Shown here: in pieces, positions 17,540-26,894 of the stretch
Layout of the letters: every line of letters starts with the position of its first letter
Numbering within the stretch: position 1 is the stretch's first letter
Source: a virus
Lineage: Duplodnaviria > Heunggongvirae > Uroviricota > Caudoviricetes
DNA: 64,000 nt
Virus record (IMG/VR): IMGVR_UViG_3300037852_000238
Direction: 5' to 3' (one strand)
Notes under the pieces: model-generated
Told to the model about the DNA's origin: nothing
Databases searched by the model: none
The model's input: the letters and a program-made list of their open reading frames with translations, nothing else
Translations under genes and position numbers: made by a program

Positions 17540-18163
17540 GTGGAAAAAAGATTGACCCGCCGCTGGCTGCTGGCCGGCGCCTCGACGGTTGCGCTGGCGG
17601 GGTGCGCGCAGCCCCTAGTAGGCCCACCGGGACCAAGCCCTGTACCGCCGAGCAACACCCTCGGTCAGTATCTCGCTGCGATCATCTCCGGGCTCTCCGG
17701 CGAACTCGGAGCGTTAGGGCAGGTCGTCGGGATCACTCCGGCGGCCGTGGCGCAGATCTCTGACATTACCACCAAGCTGTTATCCGGGCAGCAGGTAAGC
17801 GCCGCCGAAGTGGTCGGAGCGGTTAACACGATCGTCGGCATCCTGGCGCCGCTCGGCGAGGCCGCGCTGGGGCCGTACGGTCTGGCACTCGCTGCAGCCG
17901 TAGCGTTGCTTCCGCTCGTCGAGCGGCTTGCAGGGCTTCCGGTTGCTGCGTCGCTACCATTACGCGCCGCGGCGCTTATGGACGAGCAGCAGGCGCTCAA
18001 TATATTGCGCCGAGCAGCTTCCGGATCACTGTCCGTGACCCCTGTTCCAGCCCCCGGCGCTTCTGCGCGCTTCCCCTCGCGCCGCCAGTGCGTCAGCTCG
18101 CGCACCGGGGCGATGTTTACGCCGCGGCACGCCAACGCGCGGTGCAAGATCCCGGTGCAATGA
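17540..18163 (+). CDS. lipoprotein (lipobox LAGC), 207 aa
   Basis: GTG start with AAAGGAG RBS; signal peptide plus Cys. Confidence 0.55.
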   Translation: MEKRLTRRWLLAGASTVALAGCAQPLVGPPGPSPVPPSNTLGQYLAAIISGLSGELGALGQVVGITPAAVAQISDITTKLLSGQQVSAAEVVGAVNTIVGILAPLGEAALGPYGLALAAAVALLPLVERLAGLPVAASLPLRAAALMDEQQALNILRRAASGSLSVTPVPAPGASARFPSRRQCVSSRTGAMFTPRHANARCKIPVQ

Positions 18164-18351
18164 AATCTCCGTCATTTGGCGCGCTCCCCCCTCCAAATTT
18201 GGAGTGGCAAATAGGTAAATCTGTGGCTGAAATATCGCTGATAGTACGTCTGGAACGAGTGCTTCAGTTTATGGATCGGCCAACAAGCCCGGCGGGAGAA
18301 TTGCTTCGGGAGATAATTGAAGAACGTAAGTGCTCGCCTGCGACCCGCTGA
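18160..18351 (+). CDS. small hypothetical protein (63 aa), low-GC
   Basis: ATGA overlap with lipoprotein stop; AT-rich relative to genome. Confidence 0.35.
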   Translation: MKSPSFGALPPPNLEWQIGKSVAEISLIVRLERVLQFMDRPTSPAGELLREIIEERKCSPATR

Positions 18352-18575
18352 CCTACATCAGTGTCGACGCCCCGGCCTGGGCTCGCGTCAGGATCGCCGC
18401 GGCGCGCTACGTGACGATCGACGCCGACGCCGGCTGGGCTACCTCGCGCGGCTTCGCGTTCGCCTGGGCGTACGACCCGCGCGCCGGGGTGCTAACGATT
18501 CGGGTTGACGACCGGCCGCCCTCCGTGCCTTGTGAGTCGATCGCGACGGTTATTGGCGGGGCGTTGAGCCGCTAG
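18330..18575 (+). CDS. hypothetical protein (81 aa)
   Basis: ORF with typical codon composition; overlaps previous gene end. Confidence 0.3.
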   Translation: MLACDPLTYISVDAPAWARVRIAAARYVTIDADAGWATSRGFAFAWAYDPRAGVLTIRVDDRPPSVPCESIATVIGGALSR

Positions 18576-18703
18576 GAAGCCGTTACGCGCGCGGAAGCGG
18601 TTTTAGGCTAGGGTAACTACGCCCGCGGCCGTTCCGCGCACCTACGGGTTCCCTAGGGGCTCTAGGTTGGCCTTTCTATGAACGAGAGGGAGTTAAGCGT
18701 AAG

Positions 18704-18889
18704 ATGAACCCACGTTGCCCTCATTGCGGCAAGTTTATGAACCTGGGGTGGAATGCCGGCATGATCGTTTGGCAATGCCCCAGCGCGGGTCTTGGTTGGT
18801 CGGACGGGGTGCATCCCGTTTCGATTACGACTACAAGCACCACTGGCAACAGCTTCGCGGGTCTGCCTTACAAGCAACAAACGCAATAG
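18704..18889 (+). CDS. small zinc-ribbon-like protein (CPHCG…WQCP)
   Basis: GAGGGAG RBS upstream; two Cys pairs. Confidence 0.45.
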   Translation: MNPRCPHCGKFMNLGWNAGMIVWQCPSAGLGWSDGVHPVSITTTSTTGNSFAGLPYKQQTQ

Positions 18890-18900
18890 GGGGAACCCCG

Positions 18901-19707
18901 ATGCCCCTCCACCGACAATATGGCCGGCGTCCGCGCCGCTTCAACCCGAATATCCCTCACATGTCGTCCCTCCGCATGATGCGCGGCCGCGCGCCGCTGC
19001 CGCCGATCCCGGACTCCGCCGACTACGGCGCCAAGCTGCCGGCGGATGTTGGCATGCTGATGAACGATTCGTTGGGCGACTGCACGTGTGCTGGCGTCCT
19101 CCACGCCATCCAGACGTGGACCGCGAACGCGGGCACGATCGCCCCGGTAACGGACGCCAACGCGCTGGTGCTGTATGAGGCCTGGGCGGGGTATAATCCG
19201 GGCGCGCCGCGCGCGACCGACGGGACCAACCCGACCGACGCCGGGGCGGACGAGCAGACGATCCTGACCGACTGGGCGACGGAGGGCTTCTACCTGACGG
19301 CCGGCGGGCCGGTAGACCGCCTCGCGGCCTTCGTCGAGCTCGACCCGCGCAACCAGGGCGACGTGCGGCGGGCCATCTACACGGGCGCTGTGGTGTATAT
19401 TGGATTCAACGTGCCAAAGAGCCTGGAGAACACCGACCCGGCGCCGTTCTCCTGGGACGTGGTGCCGGGGCAGACGCAGTCGGTGGGCGGGCACTGCGTT
19501 ATCCTAAATTCCTACACCCTGAGCGACTTCGGCCTCGTGAGCTGGGGATTGAAGTACCGCATGACCAACGCCTTCTTTTCGACTTTTTGCGACGAGGCTT
19601 ATGCCCTGGTCAGTACGGACTGGATCGCGGCCGGCGGCGCGACGCCGCTCGGCATGTCGCTCGCCGACCTGGAGAAGCAGATGGGGGCGCTGCGCCGCGC
19701 CGCCTAG
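18901..19707 (+). CDS. papain-like (C1-like) cysteine peptidase candidate
   Basis: LGDCTCAGVLHAI (Cys nucleophile context like QGxCGSCWAF) and VGGHCVILNSY (His context like GGHAV); start chosen at ATG 18901 with GGGGGA RBS. Confidence 0.55.
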   Translation: MPLHRQYGRRPRRFNPNIPHMSSLRMMRGRAPLPPIPDSADYGAKLPADVGMLMNDSLGDCTCAGVLHAIQTWTANAGTIAPVTDANALVLYEAWAGYNPGAPRATDGTNPTDAGADEQTILTDWATEGFYLTAGGPVDRLAAFVELDPRNQGDVRRAIYTGAVVYIGFNVPKSLENTDPAPFSWDVVPGQTQSVGGHCVILNSYTLSDFGLVSWGLKYRMTNAFFSTFCDEAYALVSTDWIAAGGATPLGMSLADLEKQMGALRRAA

Positions 19708-19733
19708 CTACACGCACCTTAGAGCGCTTCCAA

Positions 19734-19765
19734 CGCCCCGCCTCGCGCGGGGCGTTTTGCGTTTT
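19734..19765 (+). terminator. rho-independent terminator (8-bp GC stem, TTTTGCGTTTT tail) at convergence point
   Basis: CGCCCCGC-ctcgc-GCGGGGCG followed by T-run; lies between convergent genes. Confidence 0.7.
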
Positions 19766-20796
19766 CACTTCCACCCGTTAGGCTGATCCACGACCACCGT
19801 CGAGCCGGCGCGGTCGACCGCGACCGGCACCTCGATCGGGTCACCCAGCGCCACCTTGACGGCCGCGCGGCGCTCGGGCTCGACGACGAGCAGAAAGAAT
19901 CCCCCGCCGCCCGCACCGAGCAGTTTTCCACCGACCGCGCCCGCGGCCCGCGCGCGCCCGTACAGCGCGTCTACGGCGGCGGGCGCGACGCCGGGGGCCA
20001 GCCCGCGCTTAACGCGCCAGGCGGCGTCCAGGAGCGCCCCCAGCTCCGTCACGGGGCATCGGGGGTCGGTCAGGATCGCCTCGGCGTCGTTAACCATCGC
20101 CGCGAGTGCGGCCAGCCCACGCGCATTCTCGTTGATGCGCGCGATCTTCACCGCTTCGACCTCGGCCGCGACCCGCGTCGTGCCGGTGTAGACCAGCATC
20201 AGGTGGGCTAGTATTTCAACCTTACGGCTTGGAGAAATCTCTAACGGATGGATTCCGATAATGTTCGGCTTAAAGCCGGCCTCGATCTCCTCCGGCGTCG
20301 CTCCGAACTGTAACCGATTGAAACCTCCGAACGCCGCGAAGACCTGATCCTGCGACCCCACTGCCTCGCCGATCAGCGCCTGCTCCACGTGGATCGCGTC
20401 GCTCGCCAGCTCCTCCGGCGAGAGCCGGCGGCCGTCCAGCGTCGCCGCGGCGTTGAGCAGCCCCACGGTGAAGGCCGACGACGAGCCCATCCCACTCATG
20501 TGCGGGATGTCGCCGGCGTGGTGGAGCTCGTAGCCCTGGCCGGGCGCGCCGACCGCGCGCAGCACCTCGCGGGCGGCGGGGTGCGCGATCTCGTCGACCT
20601 CGCGCACCAGCTCGGTGCGCGACCACACGATGCGGTGGCGGTGAGCGAAGTAGGGTGGCAGGCGGCGCAGCGAGATCCAGCAGTATTGCGCGAGTGCGAA
20701 GCCGAGCGTGGCGCCGCCGTGGGCGCGGTAGTGCGCGGGCAGGTCGGAGCCGCCGCCGGCGAGGCTGATGCGGTGCGGTGTTCGGGTGATGATCAA
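19765..20796 (-). CDS. hddA: GHMP-family sugar kinase, D-glycero-alpha-D-manno-heptose 7-phosphate kinase (HddA)-like
   Basis: GHMP motif PHMSGMGSSSAF; Gly-rich C-terminal GGKLLGAGGGGF; size 343 aa. Confidence 0.75.
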   Translation of the reverse strand: MIITRTPHRISLAGGGSDLPAHYRAHGGATLGFALAQYCWISLRRLPPYFAHRHRIVWSRTELVREVDEIAHPAAREVLRAVGAPGQGYELHHAGDIPHMSGMGSSSAFTVGLLNAAATLDGRRLSPEELASDAIHVEQALIGEAVGSQDQVFAAFGGFNRLQFGATPEEIEAGFKPNIIGIHPLEISPSRKVEILAHLMLVYTGTTRVAAEVEAVKIARINENARGLAALAAMVNDAEAILTDPRCPVTELGALLDAAWRVKRGLAPGVAPAAVDALYGRARAAGAVGGKLLGAGGGGFFLLVVEPERRAAVKVALGDPIEVPVAVDRAGSTVVVDQPNGWK

Positions 20797-20801
20797 GGTA
20801 T

Positions 20802-21023
20802 TTAACGCTGATAAATTGGGTTCTTTTTCTCAAACTCTTTACGGCGAGCAACGCAAATGCGAACTCGCTCAACGATCCTTAAATCAAAAGGCGCCACGCT
20901 CGTTGGATCAGAGTTAAATTCGGCGTTGATTAAATCGAGTAAGATGTGGGCTTCTTCGTCATTTTTCCAGCTATCTTCCATTTCTCGCTGCCGCTTGCTA
21001 CTCATTCTTGGAGTTTTATCCAT
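20802..21023 (-). CDS. small low-GC hypothetical ORF inserted between hddA-like and hddC-like genes
   Basis: AT-rich island (approx 20800-21020) inside GC-rich operon; 73-aa ORF. Confidence 0.3.
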   Translation of the reverse strand: MDKTPRMSSKRQREMEDSWKNDEEAHILLDLINAEFNSDPTSVAPFDLRIVERVRICVARRKEFEKKNPIYQR

Positions 21024-21028
21024 CTAAG

Positions 21029-21616
21029 TTATGGTGCCTCCCGCTCCGCCCGCGCCAGACCCTCCGGCGAACCGATATCCCAGAACGCGCGGCAGCAGCC
21101 CACCGGCAGCGCGCCCCATGTGGGCTGCCGCCGGTCCAGCCACGCGCGCGGTAGCAGGTGCACGCCAGACTCGACGTGGGCCAACCCTACCGGGGCCACC
21201 GCGACCAACCCGACGGGCACGCGCTGGGAGGTGTAGACCGTCAGCAGGGTCCGCCAGTCCAGATCCACCAGCGTGTCGCCGTTGACGACGGCGACGGGGT
21301 CGGAGAGTTTGGAGAATGCCTCTGCGATGCTGTTCAGCGCGTGTGGGATCGAGCGCGGCTCGGGCTCCTCCCAGTTTACCGTCGGCATCGAGGTTATCAT
21401 CCTCGGAAGCGCGCGCCGGATTTGCTCCGCCCCATAGCCCAACGCCAGCACTGCGCACTGGAACCCGGCCGCGGCGAGCTGGCGCAGTAGTGCCTCGGCG
21501 AACGGCCGGTCGCGGAAGGGCGCGAGGAACTTCGGCACGCCGGGTGGTAATGCCGGCGCTAGGCGCGTGCCTTGGCCGCCGCAGAGGATTATCACATCTA
21601 GGTCAGCGGGGGTCAC
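21029..21616 (-). CDS. sugar-1-phosphate nucleotidyltransferase (heptose-1-P guanylyltransferase HddC-like)
   Basis: N-terminal IILCGGQGTRLAP…PKFL signature of NTP-transferase family; GTG start overlapping next gene. Confidence 0.7.
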   Translation of the reverse strand: MTPADLDVIILCGGQGTRLAPALPPGVPKFLAPFRDRPFAEALLRQLAAAGFQCAVLALGYGAEQIRRALPRMITSMPTVNWEEPEPRSIPHALNSIAEAFSKLSDPVAVVNGDTLVDLDWRTLLTVYTSQRVPVGLVAVAPVGLAHVESGVHLLPRAWLDRRQPTWGALPVGCCRAFWDIGSPEGLARAEREAP

Positions 21617-21903
21617 GGCTTGACCAGCTTGACGACCTTCTCCCGCTCGGGTTCGTCGACCCAGTTCAGGAAGGCTCGGACCCCGGCGTAATCGTCGAAG
21701 ATCTTGGCCGGCGCGCCCTCGTCGCCGGGCTTCAGCATCAGTAACCGGAGATCCACGACGTAGCAGCCGAACTTGTTCGGTTCGCCCGTGCTCGGGTTCA
21801 GCGCGCGGACCAGGTAAAGGTGGCGGGTCTGGCGCCGCTCGAAGCGCGCGAGCTGCCAGTAGTCGTCCGGCATATCGAGCATCAGGTAGAGGCCGATCAT
21901 CGG
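21613..21903 (-). CDS. hypothetical protein (about 96 aa; internal ATG start chosen)
   Basis: C-terminal portion of listed ORF is protein-like; the N-terminal extension is not. Confidence 0.35.
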   Translation of the reverse strand, partial: PMIGLYLMLDMPDDYWQLARFERRQTRHLYLVRALNPSTGEPNKFGCYVVDLRLLMLKPGDEGAPAKIFDDYAGVRAFLNWVDEPEREKVVKLVKP

Positions 21904-23406
21904 AGCAAGTCCCTGTCTAAAGTGTAGGAAAGCATCTTCTCCACCTCCGCCACGGCGCCGGGGCCGAACCGCGCGCGGAGCATCGCGCGGTACTCGGGGG
22001 AGGAGAAGTAAGTGACGTGGGCGGCGTCGCGGAAGCGGAGGATGTCGGCGGCCGAGAGGTGTGCGTTGCGCAGCGGCACCGTGTGCCGGTTGTGCTGCGA
22101 GTACGCCGCCCAGCTCGGTGGCAGATCCTCCGGCCGCTCGCGCGCGACCCGGTCGTAGAGCGGCGAGCCGGGGTACGGCATGGCGCAGTAGAAGTTGGCC
22201 CACTCCGCGTTGAGGCGCTGGGCCAGCGCAAGCGTCTCGCGCATCGACGCTTCGGTGTCGTCGGGCAGCCCGAAGATGTAATTGCCGATAACGTTAATGT
22301 CGGCGCGGCGGATCGCCAACACGGTCGTCTCAATCCCGAGGTTGCCGTCGCCGCGTAAGGCTTTGTTGGTTCCAGCGCGGACCTCGCTCGACCCCGACTC
22401 GATCCCGAGCGCCAGCCAACGGATGCCGGCCGCGCGCATCAGCGGCAGATCCTCCTCGCGCACGGTATCGGTGCGGGCGTAGGCCCAGACGTTGATGTCG
22501 TTACCAATACCAGAATCGACTAGCCATTGGCAGACCGCACGATAATGATTTTTTGATAAAACAAAAAGTTCGTCTACGATCTTGAATGTCCGTACACCAC
22601 GTTCGCGGTAGAGCCAGACCATCTCCTCGACGACCGCCGCGGGCGAGCGGCGGCGGTAGCGGTTCGTGTGCTGAAAGACGTTGATCATGCAGAAGTCGCA
22701 CGTGTAACTGCATCCGAGTGACGTATACACCGCCGCGTAGGGCGACGACCGCGGCCAACCGTCCAGGCACTGCCAGTTGTGGGCGCGGTAACGCGATGGC
22801 TCGGGCAGTAGGTCCCACGTGCGGCCGTGGAGGTCGCGGTCAAGGTCAAGTGGTGGAGCGAGGGGGTTGCGAACGATCTCGGCGCTCCGCCAAACCAGAC
22901 CGGGGATCTCGCCGAGTTTGAAGATGTAGCTACCTCTTTCGGGGTCATCTTTCGAGGGTGACTCCCCTAACCGTAAAAGGGCATCTAGGGTTATCGGTCC
23001 TTCACCGTCGATGACAAAATCACATGGCTCCTCGCGAAGTGTTTGTTCGGGTAGGGCGGAAGGGTGGTTGCCGAGAAGGATTACTTTCGAATGGTCCTTA
23101 TGATTTAAACCTATTTCCCAAGCCACCGCCCGCGCACCCGGTAGAGCCTGCGTGCTGGCGCTGGGCTGGTGGCCGTGGACACAGATCGCAACGACCCGCG
23201 GCCGTAGGAGCGCGACCTTGGCAGCGATCTCCGCCGCGCTCAACCCTTCCACCTCCTGGTCGACGATTGTGACCGACCACCCGCGGTCGCGCAGGTAGCC
23301 GGCGATCAACCGGGGCCATAGTGGTGGCTCGCGCGCGACGAGCTCACCGCCGAGCGGGCCGTATATGCCGTGGACGCCTCCGGGATGTATCAGAACGATA
23401 TCAGTC
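21897..23406 (-). CDS. B12-binding domain radical SAM protein (class B, likely C-methyltransferase)
   Basis: N-terminal B12-binding-like Rossmann segment; CSYTCDFC = CX3CX2C radical SAM motif; GTG start VTDIVLIHPGG. Confidence 0.75.
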
Positions 23407-24190
23407 ACACGAACATCTCCTTCTCCACCGCTGCGCAGATCGTGTGGCCGATCGCCAGGTGGATCTCCTGGATGACCGGCGTCTCGTCGCTCGGGGCGCG
23501 GATCAGGACGGCGACATGCTCGGAGTGCTCCCGTAGGACGTGGCCGCCGTCCGCGCCGGTCATCGCAATCACCTTCATCCCGCGCGCGAAGGCGGTGTCG
23601 ATCGACCGCAAGACGTTCGGGCTCCTGCCCGACGTGCTTATCACCACTAGAACGTCGCCGGAGTTTCCCAGGCCCGCTATCCACCGGGCGAAGGTCCAGT
23701 CGTACCCGTAGTCGTTCCCGAGTGCGGTCAAGGTCGCCGGCTCGGTCAGCGCGATCGCCGCCAGCGGCGCCCGATCCCGCGCGTAGCGCTCGACGAGCTC
23801 GGCCGCCAGGTGCGCCGCCAGTGCCGCGGAGCCGCCGTTGCCGCAGAGCAAGACCTTTCCGCCAGCGCGGAGAGCGGTGGTGATTAGCTGGGCCGCGTTG
23901 TCTACGGAAGTGAGGTAATCGACGTCGACTGCGAGGCGATTGAATGCGGTCATAAAGTCGTTAATATGCTTATTCATGCCTTCAGGTACCTCACGCTTTA
24001 GTGCATCAATTATAGCGCCCGCAGCTTTACCGACCTCGGTTGAGCGGTCTAAATTGGCGGTCATCCGTAATACGAACTCGGCGTTGCCGCCGAGCAATAT
24101 TCGGCGTATCTGTTCCTTCTTGCTCATCCGTTGAAAGTCTTCGTACATCGCTTCTTCAAGGCTCGGAAACGGCATCACACATTCCCCCAC
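23405..24190 (-). CDS. gmhA: SIS-domain phosphoheptose isomerase (GmhA-like); possible shorter start at MNKHI
   Basis: GGKVLLCGNGGSAA…ISTSGRS…GMKVIAMTG SIS motifs; AT-rich N-terminal extension. Confidence 0.7.
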   Translation of the reverse strand: MGECVMPFPSLEEAMYEDFQRMSKKEQIRRILLGGNAEFVLRMTANLDRSTEVGKAAGAIIDALKREVPEGMNKHINDFMTAFNRLAVDVDYLTSVDNAAQLITTALRAGGKVLLCGNGGSAALAAHLAAELVERYARDRAPLAAIALTEPATLTALGNDYGYDWTFARWIAGLGNSGDVLVVISTSGRSPNVLRSIDTAFARGMKVIAMTGADGGHVLREHSEHVAVLIRAPSDETPVIQEIHLAIGHTICAAVEKEMFV

Positions 24191-25125
24191 TGGTGCCGTG
24201 GAAACGCCGCGTAGAGCTTGAGCAACTCATCAATCCCCTCCACCAGCCCGCGTCGCGCGCGGAAGCCGGCCGCGGCCAGCCGCTTGTTGGAGACGAGATA
24301 ATCGCGGGCATCAGGATCGCGCCCCTCGACCTCGAACCAACGGAACCCCGGCACCCGCGTGCGGATCGCCTCGCACAGCCCGCGTTTGGTGATGTTGGCT
24401 TCGTCGTTGCCGAGGTTGAAGATGCGCTCCGCGCTCGGAAGACCTTTCCAGATTACGCGCGGTGGATCGATCGCCCATAAGATTGCGTCCGCCACGTCCC
24501 TGACGTGCACGAAGTTCCGCCGGGCCGCACCGTCATACAGCGCTACCGCCTCGCCGCGCGCGGCCTTCAGCACGAAGTCGTTGACCAGTAAGTCGGTTCT
24601 CATCCGCGGACTAGCACCCATGACGGTCGCCAACCGAAACACCACCGCGTTCGGGTGCTCCAACACCACGGCCTCGCCCTCGCACTTGGTCCGCGCATAT
24701 AGCGACAGCGGCCGCTGCGGCGCGTCCTCGGTCAGCGGCTCGGCGCCGCCGGTGCCGTAGGCGGAGTTGGTGTTGGGGTAGATTAGGAGCTGGCGCGGCG
24801 AGAGCAGGCCGACGAGCGTGCGCACGGCGTCCCGGTTGGTTGAGACGGCAGCAGCGGAGTCAGCGTCACACGCCGGTGCGCCGACGATCGCGGCTAGATT
24901 CACCACCGCGTCCGCACGGGCCACCAGCGGGCGCAGTGTCATGGCGTCCCGCATGTCGCCTCGCACCAGTTCGAACCGCGGGTCGGCGCAGCACGCGGCC
25001 AGCGCGAGAGCCTGGTTGTAGCGGAGGTTGTCGACGATGGTGACGCTATATCCTCTGTCGAGCATCATTCGGGCCATGACGCTCCCCAGATACCCCGCGC
25101 CGCCGAGCAGAAGGACGTGATCCAT
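24175..25125 (-). CDS. NAD-dependent epimerase/dehydratase (SDR) family protein
   Basis: LLLGGAGYLGS Rossmann motif; 316 aa. Confidence 0.8.
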   Translation of the reverse strand: MDHVLLLGGAGYLGSVMARMMLDRGYSVTIVDNLRYNQALALAACCADPRFELVRGDMRDAMTLRPLVARADAVVNLAAIVGAPACDADSAAAVSTNRDAVRTLVGLLSPRQLLIYPNTNSAYGTGGAEPLTEDAPQRPLSLYARTKCEGEAVVLEHPNAVVFRLATVMGASPRMRTDLLVNDFVLKAARGEAVALYDGAARRNFVHVRDVADAILWAIDPPRVIWKGLPSAERIFNLGNDEANITKRGLCEAIRTRVPGFRWFEVEGRDPDARDYLVSNKRLAAAGFRARRGLVEGIDELLKLYAAFPRHQWGNV

Positions 25126-25413
25126 TTATTCCCCCGTGACTCCGAACGAGCCCTTCGACGGTGGCCGCGTCGGTAACGCCGCCTCCCGCCCCGTCAACGG
25201 CCTTCGCGGCCGGCGGAACAACCGCCGCTTCGCCCGGTACGCGGCCGGTAGGCAGTCCCAGCAGCGCCACTCGCCCCGGTACGCGAACAGCCGCCAGCCG
25301 TCACGGTGCGTCCGGCCGCAGGCGCAGGTGGGGGTCACCGGGCGAGGTACCACAATAGTTGACCGAAAGCGAATCCCGCAAACGGGGCCACCAAAGGTAG
25401 CGCCCGTAACCAT
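25126..25413 (-). CDS. small Cys-rich hypothetical protein
   Basis: Abuts SDR gene; CxC…CxxC. Confidence 0.3.
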   Translation of the reverse strand: MVTGATFGGPVCGIRFRSTIVVPRPVTPTCACGRTHRDGWRLFAYRGEWRCWDCLPAAYRAKRRLFRRPRRPLTGREAALPTRPPSKGSFGVTGE

Positions 25414-25446
25414 AAAGGTCGCCGGGTGAGTCGTTTCAGTTCAACC

Positions 25447-26589
25447 TCATAATACCTCCCTCATAACAGCCACCGCCTTCTCGATAAGTTCCGGTATCGG
25501 CCACGGCGCGCAACCCAGGAACATGCCTCGCTCATGCACGAGATCGGCCCGCGGCGTCTTCTGGTCACGCCATGGCACGCCGTATGGATGCTTTAGGAAC
25601 GATCCGCCCGTCGGCGGCCGGCTGTCGATCCCGGCCATGGCCAGCGCTCGCGCCAACGGCGCACGGCGCGTGGGGTCGAGGACCTCAAATGCGAGGCCGA
25701 ACGGTGACGGGGTTCCGCGTTGCTGCTGGTGCTGTATCGGCGCTTCGAGCGTGCAGGCAATGAAATGAGATATGTTTCGGCGCCTGGCAAAAATCATCTC
25801 GTCGAGCCGTTTTAATTGTTTGCGGGCGACCGCGCAATGCGCCTCGACCGGTCTTACATTGTAGCCGAATAGACTGAACGAATAACGCCCCTCGAATTCC
25901 TCCCGCCCCCAGCCCTCGTTCCCGTGGTTGCGCAGCAGGCGGCAGAGCCGCGCCAGCTCGTCGTCGTCGGTGAGTATCCAGCCGAGTTCGACGGCACTAA
26001 TTTGGTGGGAGTAGAAGCCCGAGCCGGTCGAGAGGTCGCCGAACGTGCCGGTCAGTCGGCCTTCCGACGTCCGCCCGCCGATTGATTCGCAATTGTCCTC
26101 AAGGAGTAGCTGCTTTTGCCAGCGGGAGGTCGCGCAACGCCAATCACTTAGGTGGCCAGGACTTCCCAAGATCGACGCGATGACGGTTAGCGGCTCGCTC
26201 CTCGTAAGCGGCGCGTTCCAGGTATCATCCACGTCGATGATCGTTGGCCAATAACGGTGCTGTAGGGCCGGGCTATAGGTTGTTGACCATGCGACTCCGG
26301 GCGCGACGAAGCGTCCCTCGTAAGGACCTTCTTCCTCGTTGATGTATCCTTCATCGACATGCCAATGCCTGATCGCCGCCACCGCCACCAGGTTCGCGCT
26401 CGACCCCGAGTTTACGGCGATAGCGTGCCGCCGGCCATGGTAGGCCGCGATCTCTTCCTCGAACGCCTCGGTCTCAGGTCCCATGGTCAGCCGGCCAGAG
26501 CGCAGCACGCGCTCGTACGCGGCCCATTCGGTGGAGCCGTCATACGGTTTCCACGACGAGAATGCAGCGGGAAAGAGCCAATCTTTCAT
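25447..26589 (-). CDS. DegT/DnrJ/EryC1/StrS-family PLP/PMP sugar aminotransferase or 3-dehydratase
   Basis: Fold-type I sugar aminotransferase blocks (SGSSANLVAV, EDNCESIGG, LRNHG); residue at canonical Lys position unclear (FYSHQIS). Confidence 0.75.
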   Translation of the reverse strand: MKDWLFPAAFSSWKPYDGSTEWAAYERVLRSGRLTMGPETEAFEEEIAAYHGRRHAIAVNSGSSANLVAVAAIRHWHVDEGYINEEEGPYEGRFVAPGVAWSTTYSPALQHRYWPTIIDVDDTWNAPLTRSEPLTVIASILGSPGHLSDWRCATSRWQKQLLLEDNCESIGGRTSEGRLTGTFGDLSTGSGFYSHQISAVELGWILTDDDELARLCRLLRNHGNEGWGREEFEGRYSFSLFGYNVRPVEAHCAVARKQLKRLDEMIFARRRNISHFIACTLEAPIQHQQQRGTPSPFGLAFEVLDPTRRAPLARALAMAGIDSRPPTGGSFLKHPYGVPWRDQKTPRADLVHERGMFLGCAPWPIPELIEKAVAVMREVL

Positions 26590-26894
26590 TATTTTGGCTC
26601 GAAGAACTTAGCGTCGGGGCCGCAAGCACCTTCTGGCCTCCGAAGATCTCTAGGATCTTGGTAGGTGAAGTACGTCCTGCCACTAATTATGCTTTCGGTT
26701 TTGCGGAGGAGCTCTGTCCGGTGGCAGCGAAACCCGATGAATTCGCCACTGATATTCTCGAAGGCGTTGCAGTCCTGGCAACCCTTCGTCGTTTTCGCGG
26801 GAGGTGGGCGGTTATCTTTGACCGCGGTTCTTTGTATAATACTGGGCTCCGTGACTCGACGCTTTAGGAATTTAAACATCGTATCTCTCCGCAT
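26589..26894 (-). CDS. low-GC hypothetical protein (101 aa)
   Basis: AT-rich island 26590-26880. Confidence 0.3.
   Translation of the reverse strand: MRRDTMFKFLKRRVTEPSIIQRTAVKDNRPPPAKTTKGCQDCNAFENISGEFIGFRCHRTELLRKTESIISGRTYFTYQDPRDLRRPEGACGPDAKFFEPK

Noticed and set aside
18590-18670. Intergenic region with repeated CTAGG words and partial similarity to the 34-nt motif
   Set aside because: Second box absent and spacing not conserved; probably just the promoter region of gene 18704 but not demonstrable
19734-19765. Bidirectional terminator interpretation
   Set aside because: Only the + strand has the T-tail after the stem; the minus strand has an A-tract before but no T-run after the hairpin, so it is treated as a + strand terminator only
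21897-23684. Listed 595-aa minus ORF (and similar long N-terminal extensions at 51941..52657, 29618..30343, 29845..30507, 61751..62263, 54367..54975, 48216..49235)
   Set aside because: N-terminal portions are low-complexity read-through of the upstream gene in another frame; internal GTG/ATG starts that overlap the upstream stop by 1-4 nt fit the genome-wide coupling pattern
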